DNA from: Podarcis pityusensis
Taxonomy: Eukaryota
Reading direction: 5' to 3' (one strand)
Assembly (NCBI GenBank): GCA_964106645.2
Contig: OZ067049.1
Length of the DNA: 64,000 nucleotides
Shown here: positions 1 through 13,882 of the stretch, in pieces
Layout of the letters: each line of letters begins with the position of its first letter
Position numbering within the stretch: the stretch's first letter is position 1
Made by a program: the position numbers and the translations under genes
Notes under the pieces: model-generated
Databases searched by the model: none
What the model was told of the DNA's origin: nothing
Seen by the model: the letters and a program-made list of their open reading frames with translations, nothing else

Positions 1-469
1 TGTTTACAAACAATTTGGTTTACGAACTCCGCAAATCTGGAAGTAGTGTCGAGGAAGAGTCCATGGAGGCTATCTTCCTTATGGAAGCAAGCTGCGTGTC
101 TCACCAGGCTAAATAACCCAGTGGTGCTGGCTGGCAGGTATCTGTCCAAATAGCATCTTTCTGAGTTAGCTATTCTTGCCCCATCAACTAGGAGCACCAT
201 ACTGCCATTACGTAAGGAGGACTGGCTTTCTTGAACAGCTAGAAAGAAAACTCACTTTCCACCACTGTTGGAAAGAAGTTTTATATTCAAGTGCTAATGG
301 AGGCCAGTGGACACAAGAAGGCAAACATAGGTAACTGAGTTTGAACATATACACACTAGCTATGGCAACAAATGATGCTGTAGACCAGGAATAGAAAAGG
401 CTATAGCCTTCCTAACTGAATGGTTTAAGGAAACAGTAGGCCAAGGCCAGATGGCCTAACCAATACCAG

Positions 470-590
470 TCTCCAGTGGGAGGAACCTGTGGCCCTCCAG
501 TTGTAGGACTGCTGTTGCCATTTCTGATCATTGGCTCTGCTGCCAGGGGCTGCTTGAAGATGTAGTCCAGCAATATCTAGACGACTGTGT
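470..590. mobile_element. Degenerate non-autonomous DNA transposon (hAT-type MITE) fragment
   Basis: ggaacctgtggccctccag...tgtagtccagcaatatct; related pieces at ~7776-7905, ~8590-8690, ~37425-37525 and ~53020-53125. Confidence 0.55.
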
Positions 591-1048
591 CCCTAAGAAA
601 AATTAAAACCAGCCTTAAACAGGTGTGGATCTGACTCTTTCTAGCCTGTCCATCTTGGTTTTGTCAAATACTTTTTACACCCTGAAAAGCATTTGTTGTT
701 TATGAAGTTCACAACTGGTGTGTTTATGAACTTAAAAACCTTAGTTGGCATACAGAGCTTTGTCTTTGAACAACACCTGTTAAAGGGCAACCCAACAAAA
801 TGTATTCTGGCCCTCAGAGGTGTTTTCGCTAGCCATTTATTGCAAGAAAGCCTCAGTGCTGTTATCTCATTGCCATTCTGAAGAATATTGTAATAGCCTG
901 TGGATATCATAATAGCAGGTTGCCCCTTCTGACTGAGCAACTGAAATGGTATGCCCTGCAGTTTCTTATATTTGCCTGTAGGGTTAACTTGATAAAAATG
1001 AAGGGAGACCTTTTGTCATGAGGATTCTAATGTTTCTTCAGCTTGCAA

Positions 1049-1066
1049 GAGCTCCCTCTGGTGACT
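1049..1066 (-). promoter_or_regulatory. Candidate CTCF motif
   Basis: Reverse complement agtCACCAGAGGGAGCTc closely resembles the CTCF core CCASYAGRKGGCRS. Confidence 0.35.
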
Positions 1067-1479
1067 AATTGAGTCCATGTCAGCTTGAAACATCTACAGA
1101 GAGTTTGATCCGTGCAAAAGTTCTTCATTCCCAAAATATAAAGGGAATGCTTTCTTTAACACAGTTAACCATGCAGAGTCCTTTTCAATCTTTCTAGGCT
1201 TCCTGTTCAATGTAAAGCTTTCTCCATAACTGCCATTCTAGAAAATGTTTAACCTGTTGGATTCTTGTCTCCCGCATAGCTGTTTGAAACAGAGAAAGTG
1301 CAGTAAAGAAGGGGAAATGGCAGTTCATTAGGATCCTAGGGCTTCCTGTCACCTGGTGCCCAAAGAACTCATACAAAATCTGTCTTCTGCAAAGCACACA
1401 ATGCTAATCCCTTTATTTTTCAACCAAATGGCTCAGACAAAAACATACTATCATGAAAACCTCAAGTATGAATAGCTTT

Positions 1480-1502
1480 TCTCCTCTCTCTCTCTCTCTC
1501 TC
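1480..1502. repeat. (CT)n microsatellite
   Basis: Direct reading. Confidence 0.85.
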
Positions 1503-1628
1503 AGGACCACTAAACTACTGAAATGTCAATGTTTACAATAAAACATGAAATGAAGGGGGGGATTCCTAGCTGTATATAACCTAATACTTCCATGCTATGG
1601 AGATGAGAGAATGAGTATTGTGGTGTGA

Positions 1629-1775
1629 CAGAGCCAGTGTGGCATAGTGTTTAGAATGTTGGACTAGGACTTGTGTCCAAATCGCTGCTCTGCCATGAAA
1701 TACACTGGGGGACCTTGGGCCAGGCACTGCCTCCAAGCCTAAGCTACCTCACAGACTTCTTGTGAGGATAATGTA
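1629..1775 (+). mobile_element. tRNA-derived CORE/MIR-like SINE
   Basis: gccagtgtggcatagtg...ggactagga...gaccttgggccag...ctacctcacag...gtgaggataa; second copy at ~21521-21640. Confidence 0.7.
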
Positions 1776-4065
1776 GGGAGGCCCAATTGTGCTGTGCTGA
1801 AGGGATGTACCTGGCTGAAGACCCTAATGCCCTTTGGCCTGGTGGTGCAGAAGTCACTGTGAGGATTGGATTAGTCTCCCTTCACCTTTGCTGTATATCA
1901 GCAGCTGAACCGAGCCCAGCCCTAACTGAGCAACCTGTTGGCCTGTCTGAAAAGTATGGTTTTGAAATTAATTGCAAGTCATTGTGTACAGGTTTATTAC
2001 TTTAGCCCATAAAGGGGGAAAATAGCTGCTTATTTCAAAGCCTGAAAGCAAGGGGCTTTACCTTGGAGACACAGGTAAAGAAGAATGTGGCAGATGTTGT
2101 ACCTGCTGACTAAATGCGTTTTAACGGAGGCCGTCTGGAAGCAGAAGCTTCACTAGAAAGAAGTGAATAGCAAACATCTGGGAAAGATTACAAAAGGGAA
2201 AGATTTATTCTGTACTGAGACTGCTAATGGGTGGGGACTACCAGGGGAGAAAAAATTAATTGCTTCAGTAACTGAATGAAAAATTAAGTTTACTTCTACT
2301 TTGGGCTCTGAAAAAAAATTAAATGTTTGCATATTCTTCTCTGATCTTTCTTGGATCCAGAGGAAATGTGTCTTGCTTCATTGTACTGGTCAGTTGGAGA
2401 AGCAGCTTGAACACCTGGAGTGGGGAAGGAAAATGTTTAAGCTCCAGCATTCCTGAGCTGCCTCTCCAATGGCATCACATGAACCCCAAACATCCTAGAG
2501 GGAAATGGGCCTGCGCCACCAAGGGCATCAACCTGGTTTCTGGTGTCACTTTTAGCACCTGGCAAACACCTCCTGCTATCCTGTGGTGGTTTCAGCTTAC
2601 TGGCAAATTATGGAAGTATAAATGCCACCAAGCAAACAGCTGCTCACATAGGAATTCAGACAATATTCCCAAACACATCCAAAGGGTGTCCCAGAGCTAC
2701 TAACCAAACTTAATTATAGGCCTATCAGCTTCTTGTCAATGGCTTCAGAGAACAGAAGTAGGAATTGTGATACAGCCCCCCATTGTTACTTAAGATGGGA
2801 TGAAGTGAACCATGGAAATGGTTAACAGATACTCTCCAGCTGTTGTTTTTTGGCTTTATTTCTTGACTTTGTACCACTGGGTAGACCAGAGGTAGGGAAG
2901 CTAGGCTATTTGTATGCCAACTCTCATCATTCCCAGAGAAGGGGATAAAACTTGGGTTGACTAGATGGATCCAGGGGGATGCTTCATTTGAGAAGGGAGC
3001 AGTACAATCTCCCTTGAAGGAGGCAGTCGTGCATCCCCTCCTTAAGTAGACTTCCCTGAGAGTTAGGAACCTGGCCCTTGATCTGTAAAGGTTTTTCCAC
3101 CCCTAGTATGTGGCATTTGGATGGTTCTGGGTAATGGTCTATAGCCCTAAAGAGAGCAGTCCTCCTTGACTGCAAGGAGGTCAAGATCTTACCAAGAATA
3201 ATGATTCCTGCTGCATGGCTGGGCTCTTTTCTCCACAACCACATGACAAAAATGACTTTGAGTGCCTCAAGAGCACAAAAGCCACTGGTTGCCTTTCTCC
3301 AGTCATTAGGATGGTTCCTTGCTGGCTGGGGGAAGCAGTTTGCAAAAAGAGGAAGAAAAACAAGCTGGGAAGGAGGTGTGTGTTAGAAAATTTCCATGAA
3401 GCTCCTCAGGAAAAGGTCCCCCATGGATATTTTTAGAAAAACAAAATCAGGCAATCTGCTAACGAATATATGACTCCAAATTCCAGTGCCTAATTAATCA
3501 GAAGCCAGTGTAGCTAATAATGATGGGAGGGTGGGGCACAACATCATTCTAATTAATCAGCCTGGAAATGAACATTTCAGCTCTGGGAAGAGGAGGGGGA
3601 GCTGCTGCTGCTTCCCTACAGCTTCCAAACATCACTCTCTCCCCCCAAGTTAAGGTAATATGAGTTCCGCTCCAGAAGATTTCCCCAGGTGGTCAGTGGT
3701 GGGTTCCTTCCGAAGAAGGCCACGATGGGGATTTTCCAGATCACCTTCCTTCTTTAAGGAACAGCTAAATGTGAAAGGGGAGAAGTTCATTTAAATGTGA
3801 TCATTTCCCCAGAAGGCCCTTACAATTGCCTTTGAGCATCTCTCATAGACTTCTGATTGGGGTTCATGGAGCTGAAATGAATTTATACCCTGCTTTATCC
3901 TTTAGAAAAGTTGATACCAAAAAAATTCCAGGTGCTTGAATGTTCTTTGAATGTTTTCACAATATTGGTTATCAGTATCATGATGTTTGATTTCACTATC
4001 TGATACCTGGCAGTTGATAGTTTGCATTATTGGACTGTTGATATGAAATGGTGTTTAATATTCTA

Positions 4066-7040
4066 AAAACGAGGCGTGGTAATTTATGTAAAAGACGAAT
4101 ACAACCCCAAACAGCTATTTAAAGATGAGGATGAAAGAATGGTTGCTAATGAGATAACATTACAAGGTGGGGGGGGGAATTGATAATTGGAATCTACACA
4201 CTAAATGATAAAATATTGGAATTTTATAAAGAATTGGAAGAAAAATTGTTTGATTTAATGGATCAAAAAATAATTTTAATGGGTGACTTAAACAGGGTAG
4301 TCTCATTAGAAATGGATAGGACAATAAGAAAAACGGATTCGAAAGAAGGAAGACTACCTCTGACTTTTTTCAATTTGGTGGAGAATTTAAAATTGACTGA
4401 TGTTTGGTGATTTAGACACCCATTTGAAAGAGAATATACCCATTAATCAGAGCGAAATCAGTCTGCCAGAAGATTGACTTGATATGGCTATCAAATGAGT
4501 TAACATTGAGAAAAAGAACCGAAATACAACCAAAGACCTTATCAGACCACAACCCAGTGTTACCAGAGTTAAAAGGAGAAGAAAATTCCACATTCAGGTG
4601 GAGGCTAAATGAAAGTCTTCTAGACAACCAAGTAACTATGCAAAAGGTGGGGGAAATCCTGAAGGACTATTTTGAATTGAATTTGCATAAAGGGACAGAA
4701 CGAAATTTTGTATGGGGTACAAGCAAAGCAGTAATGAGAGGCTTTTTTTATTCAGCAAAGTGCATACCAAAAAAGAATTCGAGAAGGGGTGGGGAGAAAT
4801 TATAGAGGAGCTGATAAAAAATGAAAAAGAGTTGATTAAGAAACCTGGAAAGGACACAATAAAACGTAACATAAAAATGTTACAGGCACAATTTTCAATG
4901 TTAGTGAACAAAGAAACTGAATGGAAAATTAAAAGGTTGAAACAAAGAATTTTTGAATTTGTAAATAAACCAAGGAACTTGCTTGCTTGGCAATTAAAAA
5001 AGAAGCAAGGACAAAATATGATAAATAAATTGGAGGTAGAGGATAGAATAATAGATCACCCGAAGGACATTAGAAGACTATTTGTGAAATATTATACAAA
5101 GTTATATCAAGCCGGCAAAGAAAATAAAGATATAATTGAAGAATATTTAATGAAAAGTAATTTATCTAAAACTGGAAAAAATGAATGATCTAAATGTACC
5201 TATAGCGATTCAAGAGATACAACAAGGGATCAAGTACTCTAAAATAGGCAAATCTCCAGGACCGGATGGCTTATCAACCAAATATTATAAAAAACTACAG
5301 GACTTTCTGATGCAACCATTGAGGGAAGTAATGAAAAAGATACTGATCACAGGGAAAATTCTTGAATAATGGAAGGAGGCATATATAACATTACTCCCAA
5401 AACAAGACACAAATTTACTTTTGGTAAAAAAATTATAGGCCAATATCTCTGCTGAATAATGACTATAAACAATTTGCTAATATTATGACAAACTGTTTGA
5501 AAGGGGTGCTTAAAGAGTTAATTCACCATGATCAAGCCAGCTTTCTTCCTGGCCGACAGATGAAGGATAGCACAAGGAATATAACTGATATAATAGAATA
5601 TCTGGAGGTCAGGAATAAAAAGCAGGCAGCATTGATGTTTGTGGATGCAGAGAAGGTCTTTGACAATGTGTCTTGGGGTTTCATGAAAAAAATTATAGAG
5701 ATGATGAATTCTGGAGAAACCTTTTTAAGAGGAATTGATGCAATATATACAGACCAACAGGCAAGGTTATTAGTGAATAATGTAATATCAGAAATATGTA
5801 CAATTACAAAAGGGACAAGACAGGGTTGTCCCCTGTCGCCATTAATGTTTATTTTAGTATTGGACATACTGTTGAGAAATATAAGACCAGAAAAAGAAAT
5901 AAAAGGTGTAACAGTTGGGTGCAAAGAGTATAAACTGAGTATACCAAGGGTGTTGGATAAAATGTACAAATTTGGACAAATAGCAGGATTTAAGTTAAAT
6001 AATTAAAAAATGAAAGTATTGGTTAAAAATATGACTGAAAAAAGTATAAACGAATTACAACTAGCAACGCAATTAACAATTTTAAAAGGCTGAAATTTTT
6101 GGGTGTATGGCTAACTTAAGAACATAAATATAATTAAGGATAACTATGTAATAACTTGGAAAGAGATAAAGAGGAATTTGGAGATTTGGGGAAGAATGAA
6201 TTTATCACTTTGGAGGGAAATTTCTGTCATAAAGATGAATGTATTGCCAAGAATGTTGTTTTTGTTTCAGACAATACCTGTGGCCAGTGGGGAGGGACAC
6301 TACAAGCAATGGCAAAAAGATATAACTAAATTTATCTGGCAAGGGAAGAAACCAAGAATTAAATATAAATTATTAACAGATGATAAAGAAAGAGGGGGCT
6401 TCTCTTTGCCAGATTTAAAATTGTATTATGAGGTGTCCTGTCTCTGCTGGCTAATGGAATGGATAACTTTGAAAAGCACAGGTATTTTAGACTTTGAAGG
6501 GCATGACAATAGATTTAGATGGCATGCTGCTCATTGAAATAAAATTATATGAAAATAATGTAAAGATGGTACTTAACACCGGTAAAACTAGCAAAGATGT
6601 ATAGAACTGCTTCTAACGTATGTTGGAAATGTAAAGAAAAAGAAGGCACTTTCTACCACATGTGGTGGACGTGCAAGGTAGCAAAAGCATTCTGGGAAAT
6701 GATATATAATGAGTTGAAAAGAATGTTTAAAATAACATCTGTGGAAAAACCAGAGGCTTTTTTGTTAGGTATTATAGGTACAGGGATTCCGAAAGAGCAG
6801 GAAAGACTATGTATGTGATGACAGCAGCAAGAATACTACTGGCCCAGAGATGGAAAGAAGACAAAGTTCCAACCAGAGAAGAATGGCTGATGAAGAAGAT
6901 GGACTATGCCGAAATGGTGAAATTGACTGGGAGAATCAGAGACTAGGACGAGAAGAAGTTTAGGAAAGAATGGGGGGAAATTTATAGTCTATTTAAGAGA
7001 GCATTGTAAACAGTTAAAAACTTTGGCAGGATTAGAGTAA
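4066..7040 (+). pseudogene. Disrupted L1 ORF2 reading frame
   Basis: ORF-track pieces 4180-4410, 4479-4805, 4712-5188, 5181-5369, 5485-6006, 6178-6537 and 6597-6818 are successive parts of one ORF2. Confidence 0.9.
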
Positions 7041-7262
7041 TACTTGTAAAAGACAAAATATACTGGAAAAGCTAATAATAGATACAATAAGTTGGGGTGG
7101 GGGGAGAATAAGTTGAATAAAAAGAGATGGACAATGGAAACCAGAGAAGGGCAGGGGGGAGTCAAGGGATTCTGAGAATCCTAAATGTAAAGGTGATTGA
7201 TATGTTTAAACTGAATTTTGTTATGTAAAATTTAATTAAAATATATATTTTTTAAAAAGAAA
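4066..7262 (+). mobile_element. 5'-truncated, decayed L1/Tx1-clade LINE (ORF2 endonuclease-RT-Cys domain fragments plus 3' UTR)
   Basis: Collinear + strand ORF fragments: APE endonuclease (IILMGDLN, LSDHNPV, WRLNESLL), RT (KSPGPDG, YRPISLLN, VDAEKVFD, GTRQGCPLSPLMF), C-terminal CWKC...TFYHMWWTC; many frameshifts and stops; A/T-rich 3' end near 7230-7262. Confidence 0.95.
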
Positions 7263-7409
7263 ATATGACCTTAACTCCTCTTGTGCACTCAAGAGTTCCA
7301 GTGGTACCTGGTCAGATAACTCAGGTCACAGAAACAGGCTGATTCACATAGCGAAATATTTAGCTGAACTGGGCAGGGGTGTGGTGTTCTAGTGAGCAAC
7401 CAAACAACT

Positions 7410-7765
7410 TTCTTATTTTATTAAGTTATTTAAAATATTTCTAGACCAGCCTTCATCTAAACAGACCCTAGGGCGGTATACAAGGGGCATGGATAAACCT
7501 TCTCATGCCATATATACAAATCCAAAACCATCATCATTAACGTTCACAATCAATTAGCAACATGAGAGGCGTCAATGACAATTAACTTAGCCATTTTAAC
7601 TGTCTGGGCAAATGAAAAGCTGAAAATATTGTTATGGCAACACCACTGGTTAACTCTCTTGGGAAGGCATTCCAAAGTCAAGGTGCCACCACAGAAAAGA
7701 CCCTTTCCTTTGTAACTGTGTAAAGTGCCTCCACTAAGGAAGGAACTTAGAAAAGGGCCTCAGAG
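7410..7765 (-). mobile_element. L2 LINE 3' fragment
   Basis: tttatt...ctagaccagcc tail plus gggaaggcattcca...gccaccacagaaaagaccc, typical of reverse-oriented L2 3' ends. Confidence 0.55.
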
Positions 7766-7775
7766 ATTTTGACAA

Positions 7776-7905
7776 GAGTGGGGAGCCCATGGTTCTCCTC
7801 CAGATATGGGTGGATTCGAAATCTCATCACCCCCAGCTGTGAGCATGGACCACCGTCAGAGATTGTGCGCTCCAGCAACATCTGTAGGACCACAGGTTTT
7901 CCACC
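7776..7905. mobile_element. hAT-type MITE, same family as 470-590
   Basis: ctcctccagat...ccagcaacatctgtaggaccacaggttttcc, with imperfect inverted termini. Confidence 0.5.
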
Positions 7906-10900
7906 CGTCAAGAATACTATGCGGCTCTGAAGGATATTCTTTGGCATTTAAAGATAGGGCCGAGCACCTTGAATTGGACTTGGAAGTGAATAGGTGTCCT
8001 CTCCTGGATAAAGAGGGGCTGAAATTACTAGCCAACAGCAAGAAATACTCTTTTGACGCCACTCCTGCAGGTTGGGGAAGAGCTTAAGAGAGGCGAGAAC
8101 GTTCTGCTTTTCTTTCTAATTAATTGGATTTTTGCGAAACGAGGTGTCATGTCGATTAGTTCAGTCAGAATAACTTTGGGGGGTAGGAGACTGAGTGGAT
8201 AATTCAATGTTAGCCAAAACGAGTGTTTGTTTACTTTTCAAAGAAAACCAGCACCGGGGGGATGTTCTTTTAACAAATTCAACCTGCGTCCTCCTGACTG
8301 TACAAAATTGGACGGCTGAACCTCGCTTTAACTCGCCGGACCCGAGCCCTCTACGGAATGAGCGTGCACCTCTTCGAATGGTTTAACTCTGTTCACCACG
8401 CGACTGGGACAGAGATGGGGCAACGGGGGGGGGGGGGGATCTGAAATCCAGCCGATAAAATCAAGCGTACAGTTTGACCGTTAGACTGGCAAAAAGGAGA
8501 GGGGTACTGCCACAGATAACCCGGTTGGATGCATACAGAGGACCAAAATCTCCTTGGAAGGAGGAGACAAGAGTTCCTACGCCTGTTGATGTCCATGCGC
8601 GCGCAACTCCCACCAGCCACAGCCAGGCCCAGCAGGGACCGATGGGAGTTGTAGTCCACTAACGGCTAAAAGGCCCCAGAAGGCTGGGGTGCGAGCAATG
8701 TGGCTGCACGCCTCCCTCCCTGCAAGCTCAAGGCCTGGCCAAGGCGCAAAATCTGGGGTGAAACTGGGTCCCAACAAATCTCCTCTGTTGAGGGATGCCA
8801 GAACCCTGGCAAGCCTCGTAGACTGGAGCACAGGCCGGGTCCTTTGCTCACTGAAGTATTTTGGGGTGCGGTTTCCTTATTTTTAGAAATCAATCCAGTG
8901 AGCGCCACTCCAAATTACCGTACTTAGAAAGTAAGCCCAGCCCACGCTGCCATATATTGGACATGTTTTCAATACACATAATTACAATGCACGGCTTGCA
9001 GAGGGTTCCACGAGCGATGCAAACTAAATCCACCAACATTGCAGTCCTCTGCAGGCCCATGGAGTTCGATAGGGCTTCTTCTCAGTTTAGGTGTATAGGA
9101 TTGCTGCCTAACTGCGCAACCCTACTCCGACCTGAGTAATGGGCGGGAGGGAGAGCAAGACCCTCCTGTCTGAGCGAGGAACTGGCAGGATGTGAGGGCA
9201 TCACGCGTGCAAGGCAGGGCACGGGCTTCTGCCTCCAGCCAGGCAGGCACCCCAGTGGAGGACCCGCTCCTCCCTGCAGCAAAGAGGCAGGAGCCGAGTT
9301 GCCGCCTCCTTTCTGCGGGCAGTGATGCGCCTTGGCAGCCCGCTGCCTGAGGGTGACTCAGGGAAGCCATCGCTTGCTCCGCAGGTTTCTGGGTTTCTTG
9401 CTCTCTGAATGCCTGGCCGTGCATCTTTTGCGCCAAGTGTGGCTCCCCATCCAGAACTGGCCACGATCCTGGTGAGTGGGAGAGGGAAGTGCTTCCACCC
9501 AGCCGCCGCCACACACTCTCTCTGCGGTTTGGCTGTTGTTGGGCCGCGCATTGTTGCAGCAGCCTTTCGCGACCCAGTCCTTTGCCGACTCACTAGCTCT
9601 GACTGAAAGGCGGCGGCGAGGGAGTGAGGGAAGGGGAGAGATCGGCGGCGCGCTTGCTGCCTCCCAGCAGGGTAGACTCGTATTTTGAAAGCGCTCTTTC
9701 CCCTCTCCTCTGCTGCCGGGTGCGGCTGGATCCGAAAGGGGTCAAGTGTCACTTCCTCTCCCAGTCAATCTCCAATATTCCTTGTAATGTTTTCAAATGG
9801 ACGAATTCATTACGCCGGGCCGGCTGAATAGGGAAGAGGAGCCCTCGCGATGGGCGATCAATAGCTTCCCCTAATAGTTCGTTTTGCACACTGACCTAGG
9901 AAAGGATACGGAGCTGGGGCGGGGGGCGGGGGTGGGGAGAGACACAGAAAGAGGAGGGAGGCAGAGGCTTAGGTCACTGGGTTGCTTGGGATAATACCCC
10001 CCATTCCCAAAAGGGCCCTTTCACTTCCCCCTTTGTATATTATAAGAACAGGGATTTTACTAAGATCAGAAGTGACGGCTGAGTAGCAAACAAGCCTTGG
10101 ATTAAAGCATGGCGGGAGTCAGGGCCGTCTAATTTGTAACTCCTGGAAGGGTAAGAAAAGAATCCCTCTCATGACTTATGGGTGTAGGTTGAACGTCGAG
10201 GGCTAGAAAGTTGCTGAACTGAAAGCGAAACCCTCAACCACGGGGCAGTCCCCCCCCCCCCCGCACTCTCCCGTTGTCCGACGTGTTCTTCCGGACCCAA
10301 TAGCAGACGCAGTACCGATTTGGGCAGCCGGCTTTCTCCCCAAAACAATCGCTTCTTAGCCCCTTTCTCCACTGCCTTCGGGAATGCCACTGGTGTGTCA
10401 CACGCGCCTTGGAAACGAGACACTTGGGCTTAACCGGGTCCTGGATCTTGGCCTCTGCGAGAAGCCGCCATAGCTAGCGAGGGAAGTGGCGCTGCTGGCG
10501 CGTAGAGCTGCAAGAACCGCAGCTGCCTGGCATGTCTTTGGCATCTGGCTCCAGTGGTTGTGACTGTATTTTAAAAGCGTCTTAAAACAAGTGCTCATCT
10601 CCATCATGCTTGTGCGCGAAGAAGAACGCGCAGTCCGAAAGCTTGCCCAGCATAGTTGGCCAAAGCAAGGGGGTCTCTTGCTCTGCTTGCCGGGATCGGG
10701 GTGAGGGGCCCCCAGCATTTGATGACAGCCGCCAGCTTTTGTAAAAGGCCGGTAGAATCGGCTGATCAAACCGGGCGGAGCAGAAAGACAACAGAGTCTT
10801 AAGCAAGTCTTAACCAAGTCTTAAAGCAAATGGTTTTCCGGCTTCGAAAAGAATCGACAGTATGGCAGCGTCTTGCCCTGCGGAAAAGGAGGGGAAGACT

Positions 10901-13882
10901 GGACACCCCAGCCGGTGCGTGAAAACGGAACTGACCAGGGCAGGGCATTTTAACCATTTAACTGTTCTCCCCACTCTCGCTCCCCGCATGTGCCCAAGAT
11001 CCTAGTCGAAATGAAGGCACCACTTTTCCTCCTTAGAAACCCTGTTGCAACTCATGGTTGCTCCCGGAGATTCAGATCTGCTGCGCAACTATCAGCAGAG
11101 GGGAACCCCTCTTTTCTTAGCTTTTCAGCTGGGCTTGAGGTATACAGACATACAGTTGGTGCGTGCCAGATTCCGCCCCAAAGCCCGGGGCCTCTGGAAA
11201 GTGCCAACAGCGCCATCCGAAGCAGGGCCAGTCAACTGTAAATTACGTACTTTAGTTCAACGAAGCGCAAGCCTTGGAAGGGGTGATTTGGAGAGGAGTT
11301 GGTTGCTTCGCAGTGGAAATTTCTACTACTGTACAATGGTTGTTTGAGTACACAGTAAACGATTTTGTTGCTTTGAAATGTATATATATTGTAGCTAAGT
11401 TTAATAAGCAAATCAAGTGTGCAGCCGCGGCCCATTCCTTTCGGAGGGAGATTTTTGCCACTGGCCAGGGGCACAATTCAACCGGAATTACTCGTGAGCA
11501 GCTCCCCTTCTTGTCCGAAGGGCGCCCACGCCCTGGAGGAGGATGTCTCCCCTGAGTTGAGAACCAGTCCACAAGCATCTCTAATGGCAATACAATGCCA
11601 AAGCCAAAACCCCACATTCCCCATGCCTCTTGTGCACACCAGATTCGTTCCGAAATTCAAACAAAGCGTTTAAGTAATGTCTTAAGGATGGAGCCCATAT
11701 TTGCCCAGGAGGGATAGTTAGAAGAGTTCGCCTAAAACGCCGGTAGAATGAGAGTGCCTTTTTGGCGATTTCTAATAGTGAATTTAGGCGTTCAACAATC
11801 GCTCTAAAATGGGACGTTGTTTTAAAAGACTGGCTTTATTCGGTGTAATCCGAGCCCCACTGAATGTAGTGGAAGTCGCCCCTGCCTATTTCCATTTCAA
11901 TTGGTCAGGATCTCACCCCACAGCAGATATATTTAATCAAATAAATTTCCTGCTGAAATATTTCTCCATAAGCACACAGTCTTGTCCTTTAAACATGTCG
12001 AAAATCACAAACCCTAATTAAAAACTAATAGAAGCGGTGTGTTTTGTTAATTTTTCGGACTGGCTATATAAATTTATCAACCTAGCTTTTCTCCCCTCCT
12101 CCGCCCTCAATGCGGAAGCAAGTTCATTTCCATTCTTCCCCCCCACCCCGCGACACACACGCACACCCGAGATGAGAGATTTCTCCCTGCTGCCAGGATT
12201 TTAAATACGATGTGTCAGGATGCGAAGCCAATGTTGTTTTAGCAGACAAGTGGTAATAACAAAACTATTTATGCAAGCCCATTAGAGCAGCCGCAGGAGG
12301 AACCCTGACTGGTAGTTAAAATTTCTGAGCCAGAAAATTAAAAACAAATATTTAACTTTACAATTTTGAACCCACGGCTGCAACCACGGTTAAACTTTTA
12401 CAGTGCATATTCAATGAGCGACTTCCCCGGCCCCTTTTAGACTACCTAGGGGAAGTGGCTTGGATGCGGTTTCAAAAGGGATTCCTCTTAGATGCGCTCA
12501 TTCCCCCTCCCTCGCGCGCAAGGGCAAGGTGGTGTGGCAATGTGAAAAGTTCATGATGGAAAAAGCGGAGTATTTGGTGGAACCAGTTCTTTTAAAAATA
12601 AATATAAAAATGGGCAATTTAAAAAAAATAAACTTCGAGATCCAAACTTTGCCCCTTGGGTCCCTGAATTGTGTAGGTTTCCGAGCGCCCCCTTCCCCAT
12701 AAGGGGCAGCAAGAAATGAAATGTCATCAGCCGGTTGATGAAAAATTCTGACCCAACAAGAGTCCTGCAAGTAAGAGCAGCCGGGCTGAATGTAGCAGAC
12801 ATCCAATATTCATAGGTCTCTGGATGTGCACACCCCATCGCGGGGCGGGGGGGGGGGGAGTTGGAGTAAGGGTTGCCGTTTGATAGCCCGCGCTCCAACA
12901 GAGTCGTCCTTATTACCTCACCACACACTTGATCGTAATCCCTATTGATAAGTTCTTCGCCCTGCCAAGGCAAACCTACTGTATCGACCCCAGCCGCAGT
13001 TCAGTAGTATCGACAGAACCCGCCTGCTGCTCAAGGCCCGGCGCCTCTGCTCGGACCGGGTGACCCCCATTCGCTTCTAGACGTTCCCCAACTTTATGGC
13101 GGCCCTTTCCCAAGGAGCGGCATCGATTTTATTTTGCTCAGTGAAAGTATCGGGTCGTTATCCTCGTCTCTCTCTCTTTCTCTCCCTCTCCAGTGCTGTT
13201 CAGAAAGCAAAAGAGAGGTTTGGTTCACCATCTTTACAAAATAATAGATTCAAGAGGATGGCACTCGGTGCCTTCTCAAAGCGAAAGTCTTAGATTTTAG
13301 CTTCTCACAAATGACTACGTTGTACATCTCCAGCCTCTTTTTGTCGTCTCGTGTCATAACACGGTTAAATGTGACCAAAGAAACCGATTTATTTCCAATG
13401 AACCGATTGAAGCTGAATCCAGCTGTTTAAAGGGACGGTTAACTGTCCGGATGCATACTTTGCATCATAATTTTGCCAGGTTCTACTAGTTTGCAAACAA
13501 ACAATGAAGGAAAAGTCAAAATAAAGAACCAAATCTAGTGAAAGCCAAACACTTTTAAGTCCCCCTTCTTTTTAACGGGAAGGTTAGGTGTTCCCTAGGA
13601 GTCCATAGGAGACTCTAAAGTTCCTTACTATCCAAATTTCCTAAGACACACCCTAGCTATCAGGTCAGTTGTTATTTTTATTCAGCTTTCCTGCTTTATT
13701 AACATGTACATCGTTCGTATTTGTGAATCCAATCAGCAAAAGGAAGCATAAAAGCTGATTAATTTTTTGTCTGAAACAAAGCCAGAGATTCTTCATTCAG
13801 CTGAGCAGAGGAATGAAATCCGTTTACTTAGATCAGGAACGATGGGAGGAAATGGCCATTATTTTCTCTACCCCCCCCCCAA

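Noticed and set aside
2880-4050. Possible LTR or retroviral remnant upstream of the L1
   Set aside because: No TG...CA pair, primer-binding site, second LTR or coding motif could be identified.
4636-5969. Minus-strand ORFs 4636-4911 and 5532-5969
   Set aside because: Antisense shadows of L1 ORF2.
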